A stretch of 63,928 nucleotides of DNA, filler included, from Cercozoa sp. M6MM (lineage: Eukaryota; Protista; Endomyxa: Ascetosporea): assembly GCA_040357565.1 (NCBI GenBank). It is 4 parts of 4 records of this genome, joined end to end, with 100 filler letters (N's around TTAATTAATTAA, not from the genome) between each part and the next. Parts side by side here need not be neighbours in the genome. Positions count along the whole stretch, not along the records: positions 23,450 to 53,076 come from JBDODJ010000132.1; 3 more parts are not named here. One strand, given 5' to 3'. The position numbers and the translations under genes are program-made. Position 1 is the stretch's first letter. The number at the start of each line of letters is the position of its first letter. The notes below the pieces were generated by a model, which worked only from the letters and a program-made list of their open reading frames with translations, was not told the DNA's origin and searched no databases. Of this stretch, positions 24,571-36,796 are shown one piece after another.

Positions 24571-25727
24571 TCAGTGCTTGGGGAGCTCAAACGAGTCTTC
24601 CGAGACGCCCTCGCTCGTGACGATACGAATCTCCTGCGGTACGGATACGCCTTGAAAGCATACACGGAAGTAAAAAAAAAACAAAGGTTACAACAGTGTC
24701 GCCCGTGTGGATGTCGCGCTCGGCGATACTGGCGAAGATATCCTTCATCAGATCCACCGCCTCCGGGAGCGAGAGGTCCTTCCTGTTGCATAGTTGGACA
24801 TACACGCAGACGGACACGTACATGGAAGGAGGAACTACTTGTTCTGCGGCTGCGTCAAAAAGGCAACCTGGTTGTCCAGCATCGAGCACGCCAGGGCCGA
24901 GCCGGAACCTTCAAACACATTACCGTACAGTGGACCATCTCTTACGAGCAAAACTGTACCCTTGGCGCCGTACTTGGTCTTGCCGAAACTGCCAATGGCG
25001 TCGTAACCGAATACCCAGCCCTCACCTATGTATGCGTGCACTTGCACAATCAGCATCACCATCACTATACAATGAGAGAGACTGAGGTACCGTCCTTATC
25101 GAGGCCAGCAACGAGGTTAAACGTGTACCACGGGAAGAAACGTTTGCTGTACAGCACCTGGAACAGCAGTCATCATTACACCACTCGAACACCATGGAAT
25201 TCAAATACACAAACACACCGTGGACAGCATCTGCGCAAACGACGTGACGGACATGTCAACGTGGTGCTGCTGTCGGTACATGGTGACACGCGCGTGCAAG
25301 TACTGGTGAAGTGCGTCTCCTATACACACACAGATCGAGTCGTGTTATGTCAGGGTGTACGCATGAGACGTACTCTCGGCCTTCATGCCGCCAGCGCCGG
25401 TGACGACGCGGTCGTTGATCGTCGTCAATTTCGACGCCTGCGATACGCATATGCATCGAGTGAACGCGCATCGAAAATAGGGGCATACCTTGCGGGTCAG
25501 AATCTGGTATCCACTGGACACACGAGTATCGGCACCAAGAATCACGTAGTCCTTGCCTGCAATCGCAAGGACTGTGCCACTGTTGTCCTGAACAAACGAA
25601 GTGCAGAAACTGAACAGCAAACAAAAGAAACAGTGAGAATGCGCACCTCATACGGAGACCACTGCGCACGTTGCCGCGCCGTGGACAGATCGTCTGACTG
25701 GAGAGCCGGAGCGGCGGCGAAACTCAT
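24571..25727 (-). CDS. PSMB1: 20S proteasome subunit beta-6 (beta type-1)
   Basis: WSPYE|DNSGTVLAIAGKDYVILGADTR, RFFPWYTFN, YDAIGSF and AERDIHTGD motifs. Confidence 0.93.
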
Positions 25728-26357
25728 TTCTCGTTCTGTCGGGAAACACAAGAAAACACATCTACATCACAAAACGCCCTGCACAATCTACAGAATTTGC
25801 AAAAGCACAGCTCTAGAGCCGCGTAACTCAAGCAAAATAGATAACACACAAGTCTGGAACGCACAAAGAACGTGGGCGCTCTGAAGAGCCTCCGCCGGTT
25901 CCAAAAAAACAAAAATTCACGCTGATTTGCTAGTACACGCACCAGTTGCTTCTCAGAATTATCTTTACTGAACTAAGTGCAGTCGAGTATACTACGGTCG
26001 TCAAAGAGGGTGAAATTTTGAGGAACGAGAAAAAAAATGAAACAATCTCAGGATCGCAGAGCGGTTCTTGTTCGACTGCTTTTTTGCTTGTCGTATGTAA
26101 CTCGTGCTCTTTGCCGCTGACAAGGGTGTCCGAGACGCTGCAAAGCGGTATGATACCGGTCCAAACAAGCACTCGTAAATTTACGGGTAGATACGACTGA
26201 AGGGCATCTCAGAATAGTGGCACGTATCTACTGACTATTTAGAGTTGTCGGCTGTAACTTAGAAGGTTTAGAGGTGTATGGTAGTTGCGTAATGAACCAA
26301 ACAAAGGAATCGAATGCAAGTTTGTGCGAAGCGTCGATAGTAGCGAAACACACAGGC

Positions 26358-27323
26358 CTACAGACGGCGACCTGGACGAAAGACACAGAGGGTTAAACAG
26401 ACGCAAAAACGAGCGAGCGGAAGAGCAAGAGTTACCACGGCGACCGCTCTTACGGCGGGTGGTATCGGTCGGGATCGGCGTCACGTCCTCGATGCGGCCG
26501 ATCTTCATGCCGGCGCGAGCCAGGGCACGCACAGCCGACGAGGCGCCAGGGCCCGGCGTCTTGGTCTTGTTGCCGCCCTTGCCGCGCAGACGGATGTGCA
26601 GAGCGTTGATGCCGCGCTGCTTGCAGATCTCGTAGGCCTTGGTGGCGGCGAGCATGGCCGCGTACGGCGACGACTGGTCACGCTGCTGCTTGACCATCAT
26701 ACCGCCCGTGATCTTGGCGATGGTCTCCTCGCCCGTGAGGTCCGTGATGTGCACGAACGTGTCGTTCTCCGAGGCGAAGATACGAGCAACACCGAAGTGC
26801 AGCTTGTCCTTGCCCGGCTGGAGGTCCTCGTTGATCGTCGGCAGCTTGGACTGCGGGCAGCAAACAAACACACACATGACATGCACAACATCATCACACC
26901 GGGCGGCGGCTTCCTTCCTCAAAAATGACGAAGGAAGCAAAACACAGTGAAACACGCGAGACAGTCGGCGCACGCTTCCCGTGCTCGTGCCTCGCGCGCA
27001 CGTGCGAGCTTTTCGCGTTCGCGCATATCGCGTGAGGGAGAGAGTGGTGTGCCACACGAGTCCATGCCCCATACGGAACGAGTGGGCCGTGTGACACACC
27101 GGGTGGAGTCTCAGAGCACAGAACTCGACTCAACACACAAAACTCAAGCCCACATCACGCATCCACACACCTGCGCACGTGCAACGCCAGGCGCCGAGCA
27201 GCGTTGTCACAGTGGGCTTTGGGAGGCTTGCGGCCGAAGCCGCGCACAACCCGCAGAATCACCGAAAACAACACCGGGCAGCGCACGCCCAGTGAGAATC
27301 CGTTGCTGAGTCCTACGCACCAT
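26358..27323 (-). CDS. RPS14: 40S ribosomal protein S14 (uS11)
   Basis: ATG, 470-nt intron, then SKLPT...[19 protein letters not shown]...[10 protein letters not shown]...KTPGPGA...[23 protein letters not shown]|RRL*. The ATG-only first exon is inferred. Confidence 0.95.
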
Positions 27324-27464
27324 CTTGTGTCGATTCAAAAACGCAAAATACAGGTTTGGAGAATTGTTGTTTTTGCGATCAACCGGCGCTCCGATTGCGA
27401 GGTTAAAACACCCAGCTGTGCACTTGTACTGTGTGTGGCAGGTGGCACGTAGCTTATTCAACCC

Positions 27465-29671
27465 ATGTTTGATGTACAAGGTGCGTAAAACTCTTGAACT
27501 GTCTTGCACGACGAAGCCGCGATAGTGCGAATGATGTTGCTGTCATTGTGACTCTCGGGTGTTTGTTGCAGTGGTGCCGGCCGGCCTGTCGCCGCAAGAG
27601 ACAGTCCTCCAGTTAGTCGAGTCACTTGCGCAGCTACACCGTGCCACAGAGGTAGTAAAGCATGTGGTACCGTCACTTATGTGTATATCGTCATGGTCAT
27701 AGGGAGTGTTTGGACGAGTCGAGAAACGCGTGCGACGCGAGCAGCGGAAACTCCGGCAGTTGCAGCGACGTGTCGAAAATGTTGAACAGCGTGTCTCACA
27801 GGTACTTTTTATGTGTCCTGTGACAGCCCTGTGTATGTGTCTGTGCTTGTATACTGCCTTGCACAGATCAGGGAGCAGGAGGCACGTGCCACGGTGCTGT
27901 TCTCACAGTCGCGGTTTCCGGAAACAAGTGCACACAGCGGTCGCTTCGAGTGTCTCAGCAAGTGTGACAGCAAGGACGGCAAGAAGCGCACCGAGTCGTC
28001 GCCCTTGGTGCTGCCGCCCGACAGTGCTGAGGCACGTGAGAGACACGAGGCGCCGCGCGATGCCAGTGACACCACGGCACTCGTGCGCCGGTTGAACCAG
28101 GCTGTTCTTGAAGACACTCGCAGGGTCAACACCAACACACACGGTCTGGGTGCAGGTGCAACCCCTCTTGTGACTGTGTGTGTATGGTCTGTGTGTGTGT
28201 ATGTGTGTATGTGTGTGTGTGTGTGTGTGTATGTGTGTATGTGTATGTGTGTGTAGTGCCACGTGAGCTGCACTCGGCGCAGCAGCTGCTGCTGTTCAAT
28301 ACGGCTACGAACCCGTACGAGCGATACGCCGCACTGGACAACCTTGTTGTAGGCTTGTCTCTGCTAGTGGTGGAGACAGTAGACAGTAGGCAGTAGGTAC
28401 TGTCCGTGTGTATGCACAGGCCGACCAGGGCTCGGTCACGGTCGAGGAGGATGAGGAGTACGCCGTGTCGGACGCGCCGCACACTTTGGTGCACGGCGAG
28501 AACCTGCCGGCCGCGCAGACAGAGCTGGCTTTCAAGCCGCAGTTCACGGGCGTTGTCACTCCCGACCTGCCTTCGGTCATGCCTGGCCTGCCTGGTACCT
28601 CCCGCTTCTCCTACCTACTTGTACTATGTGTGTGTGTGTATGTGTGTATGTGTGTATGTGTGTGTGTGTGTGTATGTGCGCAGGTGTCGTGGACCAGGCG
28701 CAGGTGGCCGAGGCGACGTCGATCGCGCCGTCGCTGGCGCCGCTGGCCAGCGTGCTGCCGACCTTTGGAGACGCTGCCATGGGCGGCGATTTCGAGAGTA
28801 TGGTCTCGCAGTTCACACTGCCTGTGTTCGGTGTGTTCTCCCTCCCGCCCTGTCTGTACCCGTTACCCTCGTTTGTATAGACACAGAAGACACGGCGCAA
28901 GACAAGGTGGCTACGGCTGCTGCCGAACCTGTTGTCATTGAGGAGACCGGTGTCACCGAGGCTGACATGGCTATCGACACCGATGGCCTTGCCAGCGGCA
29001 CCGACGCCGACTCGGACGTCAGCGACGGCGATGACGATCGCAACAGTCTACTCGCTGCCATTCGCATGGCCGGCAAGAACAAGCACAAGACGCTGCGGCC
29101 GTCGCAGCAACAAGAGCAAGACGTACCTTCTGCCGTGTGTGTCCATGTGTCTGTGTGTGTCTGGTGTCCATGTGTCTGTGTGTCCATGTTTCTGTGTTTG
29201 TCTGTGTATGTCTGTGTCTGTGTCTGTGTCTGTGTGTCTGTGTGTCTGTGTGTGTGTTTGTGTGTGTCTGTGTGTGTGTCTGTGTGTGTGTGTGTGTGTG
29301 TCCATGCATATGTTTCTGTAGAACGAGGCAGAAGAGGAAGCCACAGCGCCCGAGGAGGACACCTCAATCATGTCGGCGTTGCGTGCGGCACTTCGCAATC
29401 GGCAGGCTGCGCTCAGTGGGCGGCCCGTCGACACTGGCAGGTGCGTTTGTGTATGTGTCTGTGTCTGTGTGTCTGTGTGTCTGTGTCTGTGTGTCTGTGT
29501 CTGTGTCTGTGTGTCTGTGTGTCACGGTCGCTCTTTTTGTTGTACCGAACGATGTGTCTTATGTGCAGTAGCAGTGGCGGCATTGAGTTCCCGAGTCACG
29601 CTCTCGCCATGCAGCAGAATTATGCCTCGGGTGCCGATGAATCCGTCTGCGAGGACGTCGATTGGGACTAG
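27465..29671 (+). CDS. WASHC1: WASH complex subunit 1 (WAHD plus WH2/VCA)
   Basis: [14 protein letters not shown]...[25 protein letters not shown] (WH2), [18 protein letters not shown] and acidic EDVDWD*. Confidence 0.88.
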
Positions 29672-29875
29672 TTTCCGCCCGTCCGAAAGTCCGCCCGGCC
29701 TGGCGCTAAGCTGTAGGCTAGCTCAAATGGATTGATACAATCGTCAAATATTTAAAGTCGAAAGTTCGTCCAGTCGGTCACTCAGGCTCGCGTCGCATCG
29801 CGTACGGTAGCTACTACGCTAAGTAACACAAGGGCACGAAAGAATGTGAGTAACGCGACTTCTGGTACTGTAAAA

Positions 29876-29947
29876 CTGAGCGGGGAGAAGTGCGCTCACG
29901 GCCAGAGAACTACCGCACTGAATTGGTTTCCAGTAAGACTCAACTAA
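29876..29947 (+). mobile_element. Internally deleted copy C of the 3'-spacer element
   Basis: CTGAGCGGG...CACGGCCA...GAACTAC...TTGGTTTCC.GTAAGACTCAACTAA matches copy A; its tail overlaps the TBCC stop codon. Confidence 0.6.
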
Positions 29948-31334
29948 TACTCACGGTCAGATTGCAGCGTCACGTGGCTTGGTAGAGTGTCTCGCACGTA
30001 CTCTTCGGCAGGCAGAATGCGGAAGTGCGGTGACGGCTCGGAACGGAGCCACAAGAAATCCTTGACGTCGCGCCAGTGGAATCGCTTGGCTTCCGCACTC
30101 GATTCCTTCGCTTCTTTGGCTTCACTTGCCTCGTTCTCGAGCTTTGCTTCGTGCGCTTCGACGATGTGTTTCGTGTCGTGTCGTACAACTTGCTGCGTAT
30201 AGTTCTTCGAACAGTATTGCCAGAGACTGTGCTTTTGAAGACACGACTTGGCACTCGGGTAGAAGAAGGCGAACGGCATGAAGCACAAGTCATCGCAGTG
30301 CTCGATCACGGGACCTTTCATAAAACGCTCTCATTGCCATATGAACCCAAAAAATAAACAATGATACCTGAGGCACTAGCGACTCCAAGAGTCACACGTC
30401 GCGACTCGTGCAGTCGCAACTGACGCGTGGCGACCTGCACGCGTGTGTCAGACAGTCGCTGTGCGTGCAGCGAACTCGCCACGGCGCCAAAGCAAAGCAC
30501 ACTGCTCTGCTAAATTTGCTTCATCAAAATTCATGATTGTATTTCAAAACAAGCACAAAAAAAGCAACCGACACATCGTCCACACGGGCAGATCCGACAG
30601 AAAACGGCACAAAAATCAGACAGTTGTGACAGTTGTGCACAAAAAGATCCTGCTCGGGATGGAGCTCAAAGTGCTCGCCAGCGACAAGTGTCTCGTTTTC
30701 TCGATGTGCCAGCTCGACTTCTTGTGCGCTTTTCACAGACGCCCCTGCGCTTTTGTCAGACACATTGGATCCAACACTAACAGTTTTCGCTGTTGTCGAC
30801 CTTGTTTCATTCGAGGCCGCACTGTTTCGAGGCGAAGCTTTCTTCCTTCGCTCTCGTCGGCGCTGCGCATTACAAAAAGTGAACAGAACGGGCATTGAAC
30901 AAACAAAAACCGTACAAAAGCGAATGAAGAGCGTGGTTGCAGTTGGCGCAGTTGCGAACGACAAGTTGCGAGTTGTTCTGCAAGTGAGCGGCGAGCGTGT
31001 CCAGGCAGGAAAGGTGCTGCCTGAAAAAGCAGACTCTACTTTGGGAACTTTTAAAATAGAAAACAAAATGTACCTCAGTTTCGAGACGCGTCAACTCATC
31101 AATCGCTGTTTGTGCCGATCTCGTATCGCTGCGCTCTTTCGCTTGGCGAAATTGGGCGAGCTGTGCTGCCCAGTCGCGATCCAACGCTTGCTCGAGCTCG
31201 CGCTGCGTGAGCTCATTCGATCCGCGAGATTTTCCACTTGCTTCGCGCTCTTGCTGTCGAAGGCGCCGTCGCTTATCAAGAGCGGCAATTTTCGCCGCTC
31301 TTCGACGCTCCATCTCAACTTGCATCGACTCCAT
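29944..31334 (-). CDS. TBCC: Tubulin-folding cofactor C
   Basis: N-terminal helical region, CHNCLIFV, ATRQLRLHES, GPVIEHC and HWRDVKDFLWLRSEPSPHF. Confidence 0.88.
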
Positions 31335-31655
31335 CGCGATTCTCCCAACGCGACGGGTCAAAATGAAACGCGGCACAGAAAGACGCGCCTAAATGCACCT
31401 TCAGGAAGTTGCAGTGCAAAATTCACGCTAATCGAGAGTTTTTTGTGTCTAAGCGCACCAGTGCCAGCCAGCTCAATTTTGTCGCTTCCCGTTTTGTTGG
31501 ATGAAGCCACAGCCCCGCGCAAGGTTTAAAATACCAAAAATAGGTTTTCGAGCTGAAGTAGCTCGAGTTCTAGAGGTTGAAACGCGTGCCATATCAGAGT
31601 GTACTTTCGTTTGACACGTACGAGGTTTACAAGTCGGAACCCGTCTGCTTGAAAG

Positions 31656-33232
31656 ATGGCATCGAAGGATTTACCAGACGTGCAAGTGACTGTTGAGTCG
31701 CGCGAGCAGTGGGAGGACTATCTCAAGTTCGGTGGTCTCTTAGTCTGTGACGTTTATAGCGAGTTCTGGGGTGGGTGCAATATCCTCAAGCAGCCAATTG
31801 CACAAATCCAGAATGACATCCAGCTCCAACTGAACATCGAAAAAGGGAAAGAGGATACTCTTCCTGTGCGCTGGTTGAGCGTGCCCGTCTCCAAGATTGA
31901 GCGTCGGCAAATGGAACAACGAAAGAAGGAAGCGCGCGAGAAAGAGATGGCACGTGATGCAGACGCATTGATTAGACGCGAGTTCGATGAGAACTGGCGT
32001 GCGCAGTTCCGCTGGATTGATCAAATGAAGTTCAGCGACGACGATGACGAGCTTTCGGAAAGCGACGACGACAAACTACCGCACGATGAGCACGGAAATG
32101 AGCTTGAAGATATGTTTGGTCGCACGCGTGCTCAGCGTCGCCGCGAGCGCGAGATCCGCGCCGCCAAGCGATTCGAAGAACAAGGCAATCCTTTGGAGGG
32201 TACTTCAGCAGCTGTAATACCTCTGTTTTAGGCCCAACGATTAGTCTTACTATTTCAGTGATTGGTGAAAACGGTGAAACTCGAGAAGAGTTGCGCCGTG
32301 AACGCGAACGTCGCGAGAAGTCCAAGGAACTGGAAGAGAGACGAGCGGATATGCTGCCTCTTCTTGAAAAGTACTCTGGTTGGCATCATCCGCAGCCACG
32401 CTTTGTCTTCATCAAGGTACTTTTTGAGTTACGGTGCTAGCACACTGAGTTTACGCATTCGCAATTGCCGCTACAGAATCGCAAAATCGTGGACACAATG
32501 AACGGAGCGAATCTCCCTCGCTTGCAAGCACTCATTGCCAAGCACTTATCTTTCGATTTGCCGGGACGGCTTGCGCAAGTCGGAGAGCAAACTTTTGTGG
32601 GAGAAGAACCGACTCTGAGCGAACCTGACCAAGTGTCCGGCAAAAACGTACTCGCAGAATCCGAGAAGGCAGGCAAACTTCCCTCTGAAGATAGCATTCC
32701 AGACAACGAAGCCAACATTGACGAATCCTCCGCTCCAGAAGCAATTGCTGAAGTTGGGGCCGAGAGTGCCAAGAGTGAGTCGAAAGCTATAGAAAAAGAG
32801 GAAGAAAAGGCGAAAGAGCTGGACGAACTGGAAACTGAAGAGAGACCGGAACAAGATGAGCGAGAAGAGTCGAATGAACAAGAGGTGACGGAACACAGCA
32901 GCGAAAAAGAGAGTGCCAGTGCCGAGCCGCAGCAGTTGGATGAGCGAAGCAAGTCTTCCGAACAAAGTAAGGAAGATGAACAGCCGCAGCGAGAGCCAAC
33001 TGAGCAGTTTGAACAAGTGAAACAGGAGGCTCCAGTCGAATCACGCTCTACTGAAGTCGACAATGGAATGCCGATCGAAAAAACGCGAGAAGAAAAACAG
33101 ACTGAGAGTTCACACGGAGCCAGCGGCGCCGATGAAGAACCTGACGAATCAGTGAACCGTCAACAGAAGAGTGTCTCCGCCAGCGCAGAAGCCTCAGCCT
33201 CTGTGGAGACGTCAACGAAGCCCGCCGAATGA
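31656..33232 (+). CDS. NME8/TXNDC3-type thioredoxin-like protein with large charged insertion and acidic tail
   Basis: QVTVESREQWEDYL..GGLLVCDVYSEFWGGC, then after the insert LLEKYSG...PRFVFIK|NRKIVDTMNGANLPRL, matching the TRX domain of ciliary NME8/NME9. Confidence 0.7.
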
Positions 33233-33638
33233 GGCCGAGGGAAACTGTGTCTTGCATTCAATGGCTGTGAAAGGTCAGTGTGGTCAGCCGCCGGCCGGCT
33301 GGCGAGCAGTTCCTTAACTTTCCCTAATAATTTAACTGGCAATCGTATCGTCAGCGCGTCGGTTTAGTGAAGTTTGCCTAAGGGTTCAAGTACAACCCGA
33401 ATTCGGTTGCAACCGACGGGTCGGATAACCCAATGCAAGTGAGTCACGAGATCTACTGTATCATAGAGCACTGCTCGATTGAGCGTGAATCGAACTCGAC
33501 TTATGGTTACGGTCACTGTATTTCGTTTATGGTACACTTGACTGATTTAAATTCGGTCCGATCTGGCACCATCGTGACGCGACTTATGTGCGCACGGAGG
33601 GGAGACAACGCAACCAGTACCGAAGCGACTAAGCAGCG

Positions 33639-34005
33639 TTATACCCAAAGGCCAAAGTCAAGAAACAGCAACAGCGATCCAAAGCCAGCGCTGATCGATG
33701 CGACGAGGACCAAGACGATCTCCAGAACCAGCGATCTGCGAACAAGAAGGTAAATTTACGTGTCGGTGGTAGATCGCCAGAACACACTTGATACCTTTTC
33801 CGCCTGCTCACAGCGCTGCCATAGACGAAGACAGCGGCAGCTGACAAAAGGCCAATCAGAATCAGCAGCTTCCACAAGGACTCGAATTGCTGACATGAGA
33901 GGCAAGTAAACTTACAGTAAACAACAGTGTTGTACCAAAAAGTGCAACCCTCTTATAGCAATGTACCTCAGGTGCAATCGGCGCTTTCACAGGTACCAAC
34001 GGCAT
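33639..34005 (-). CDS. TMEM258: Oligosaccharyltransferase subunit TMEM258/OST5
   Basis: MPLVPVKAPIAPE|QFESLWKLLILIGLLSAAAVFVYG...R|SLVLEIVLVLVASISAGFGSLLLFLDFGLWV*; two TM helices with the GFG..L.L..G.xV signature. Confidence 0.82.
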
Positions 34006-34186
34006 GATCAAACACAGGTACGGGCCCAATCTAAACGCTTAGGTTTGGTTTGTTTCATGCCACTTTTTGTTCTGAAAATTTTGAGACTCGATTTCAGCCA
34101 GCTGTACAGCACTTTATAGTGCGATTGCTGTGTTCCTAGCGGAAACCCGGTAGTAACACGCGACTGAGCACAAAATCTAAAAGAGT

Positions 34187-34627
34187 ATGTCGACGTGCGA
34201 AAACGCCGCGATCGACGCTATGCAGGCGTTCACGAAGGCGCTGAACTCTCTCTCAGTTTTGTCGCAGCATGCCGATGACAACGAGAAGAAGCAGCAATGC
34301 ATCAAACAATTCGCAGAAGCAGATGGGCGACTCGCCGAGCTGCTTCTAGTTTTGGTAACCTTCGTTTGCATCGATACAGATGGGGATAGAGGCCGAGGTT
34401 TGGATGGATTACAGGAACAAGTTAAACATAACCTGCAACAACAGCGGCAGCAAGAGGCAATGCAGTGGACGAGCGCAACTGCTGCGTCGATGCAGCCCAG
34501 CAGCGTCGGCGCGAGTGCCGACATTGCTTCGAGTCGTTCAAGAGGGCAAGAGCCCGAGAAGAAGCGGCGACGAGTGCGCATTCGCAAGGTCACACGGTCG
34601 TCAAAAACACCCGCTGCAAAAAGCTAA
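34187..34627 (+). CDS. Hypothetical helical protein (weak resemblance to Mediator MED28)
   Basis: 146-aa ORF with QQCIKQF and a basic NLS-like tail; family call is a weak pattern match. Confidence 0.45.
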   Translation: MSTCENAAIDAMQAFTKALNSLSVLSQHADDNEKKQQCIKQFAEADGRLAELLLVLVTFVCIDTDGDRGRGLDGLQEQVKHNLQQQRQQEAMQWTSATAASMQPSSVGASADIASSRSRGQEPEKKRRRVRIRKVTRSSKTPAAKS

Positions 34628-34803
34628 CCAACAGTGCCGTGTTTAATTCCGTTAATACCCCACTTAGTCAGTCGACACTACCTTTGGTTCAACGCAACTC
34701 GGAGCTATCAAATATAGACACTGCACCAGATCGTTTTAATAGGCTGGCTTGCAAGCAACGTGCTATTCAGACCTTTCTGCTAGTTTAGAAGCATTTCAAT
34801 AGC

Positions 34804-35778
34804 ATGAGCACACCCATGCGTCTGCTGACTAGACGTCATGTACGTGGCATGCGATGTTTCGCGATGCGAGGCGTCGATGCTCTTGTGCAGGGTAAGCAGA
34901 TACAAGGTTCGGACCTTGGTAAACTTTACTTGCATTTAGGCGTGATCGACGGCGATCGACTCGCTTTGTCGAGGTCAGTGACGCTGTTGGAGTCGACGCT
35001 GCCAAAGCACAACTTGCAAGCGCAGGATCTGCTGTCGCGCCTCCTGCAGCACCGCCGCAAACTGGGCTTTACCGACGCAGACAGTGAGTTGAACAAGTTT
35101 ATTCATGTGACTACCTGTTTTTGTGTTTTAATTTTGTTTATTTTGGTGAAACTCAGCTTTCCGGATTGGCATCAGTGGGCCTCCTGGTGCTGGCAAGAGT
35201 ACCTTCATCGAGGCTCTTGGCACCTACTTGCTGGAGCATGATAAGAACACCAATGTCGCCGTGCTGGCCGTCGATCCGTCATCTGCCCGCACAGTACCTG
35301 TTTTTTCTTACTTGTCTGTATGGAGTGGGGTGCCTTCCGGTAGCAGGTTCTATGTGTAGGGAGGCAGCATCCTGGGCGACAAGACACGCATGCCAAACCT
35401 CGCTGTGCACCCGCGCTGCTTTGTATTTTTATTGCTTTCTTTCACTTGTGGAAAGGGAACGAATGTTCATCTACACGCGTCTCTTTGTAACGACAGGTTA
35501 GACCGTCACCTACCCGAGGCACTTTGGGTGGTCTCGCCAATGCCACTTCTGAAACTGTATGTCAATATTTTAATTAACATACATGTGTATGTAATGCATG
35601 TGTGTACTCTATGCCCATTGCAACTCTGCCCATTACTTCTTGATCCTGTTTGGCTTAAGTTGCTACCATCTATTTTACGCCCCTGCCGCTGTAGATCTCA
35701 CTGTGCGAAGCGGCAGGCAACGACATCGTTATTGTCGAAACCGTTGGCGTTGGTCAGAGCGAAGTGTACCCTGCATAG

Positions 35779-35851
<73 letters not shown>

Positions 35852-36714
35852 GCGTGCTTATTTTTCTCTCCTCGTGGGAAGTGCCGTGGCCGATGCCGTC
35901 GACATGATGATTTTACTGCTGCCTCCTGCTGCCGGCGATGAACTGCAAGGCATCAAGAAGGTGCTTCCATCCTTTCTGAGTGTGTTGCCTTGTTTCCGTA
36001 CACGTTAACTTCCTCTGCCCCTTGATTCTTGCTAACAAGACAGGGCGTAGTAGAGTGCGCTGACCTCGTAGTGGTCAACAAAGCCGACGGACAGCTGCTG
36101 CCGGCGGCACGGCACACCAAGACGGACTACGCGCGTGCGTTGCACCTGCTTGTCCCGCAGTCGGCCAACTGGACACCCACGGTAGCTGCTGGACTTTGAG
36201 GTACGGGTAGTAGGAGTAAGATGACACTGCCTGCAGGCCATGCTGTGCACCTCGATCGGCGATGGCTCACAAGAGGCCGTTGGCAAAGTCTGGCAGGTAT
36301 ACACCTTGTCATGTCCAAATGAAGTGCGCATATATGTGTGTGTGTATGTGCCTTTCTCGCGAAGCGCATGTGCAAGTTCCGCGAGGCCACCGCGGCCGAG
36401 CACTCCGAACGACGACGTCTGCAGCGAGCGGTGAAACCACTCAGCTCTCCTGTTATGCGTGTGTCTGTGTCTGTGTATTACCGGTGCCTTCTTACAGCAC
36501 CTGACGCGTCAGATACTGCACACGCGCATTGCCGAACTAATCGATAATTCCTCAGGAGGTAAAGTACACTGCTTCCTTTCCGTCGGACACGCTGTATGCT
36601 CCCCCATCAGTAATCGGAACCGAGGCGACCGAGCTGTCCAAACAAGTGTCGCGCAATGAGATCTCGCCACGCGAAGCCGCCGAGCGCATCCTCGCTCACG
36701 TGCACATTGAATAG
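34804..36714 (+). CDS. MMAA: Mitochondrial MMAA/MeaB GTPase (methylmalonyl-CoA mutase chaperone)
   Basis: [66 protein letters not shown]|G and VVNKADG motifs. Confidence 0.95.
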
Positions 36715-36745
36715 TGCGAGTCAGCGGCACAAGGTTGTCAGTGGC

Positions 36746-36796
36746 AATTTACTGCAGTAAATCTAAATTTACTGCAGTAAATCTAAATTTACTGCA
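36746..36796. repeat. Tandem 20-nt unit (2.5 copies) containing a perfect 16-nt palindrome ATTTACTGCAGTAAAT
   Basis: Directly visible downstream of the MMAA stop. Confidence 0.9.

Noticed and set aside
24574-25884. 436-aa plus-strand ORF
   Set aside because: Antisense shadow of PSMB1 with no recognisable domain.
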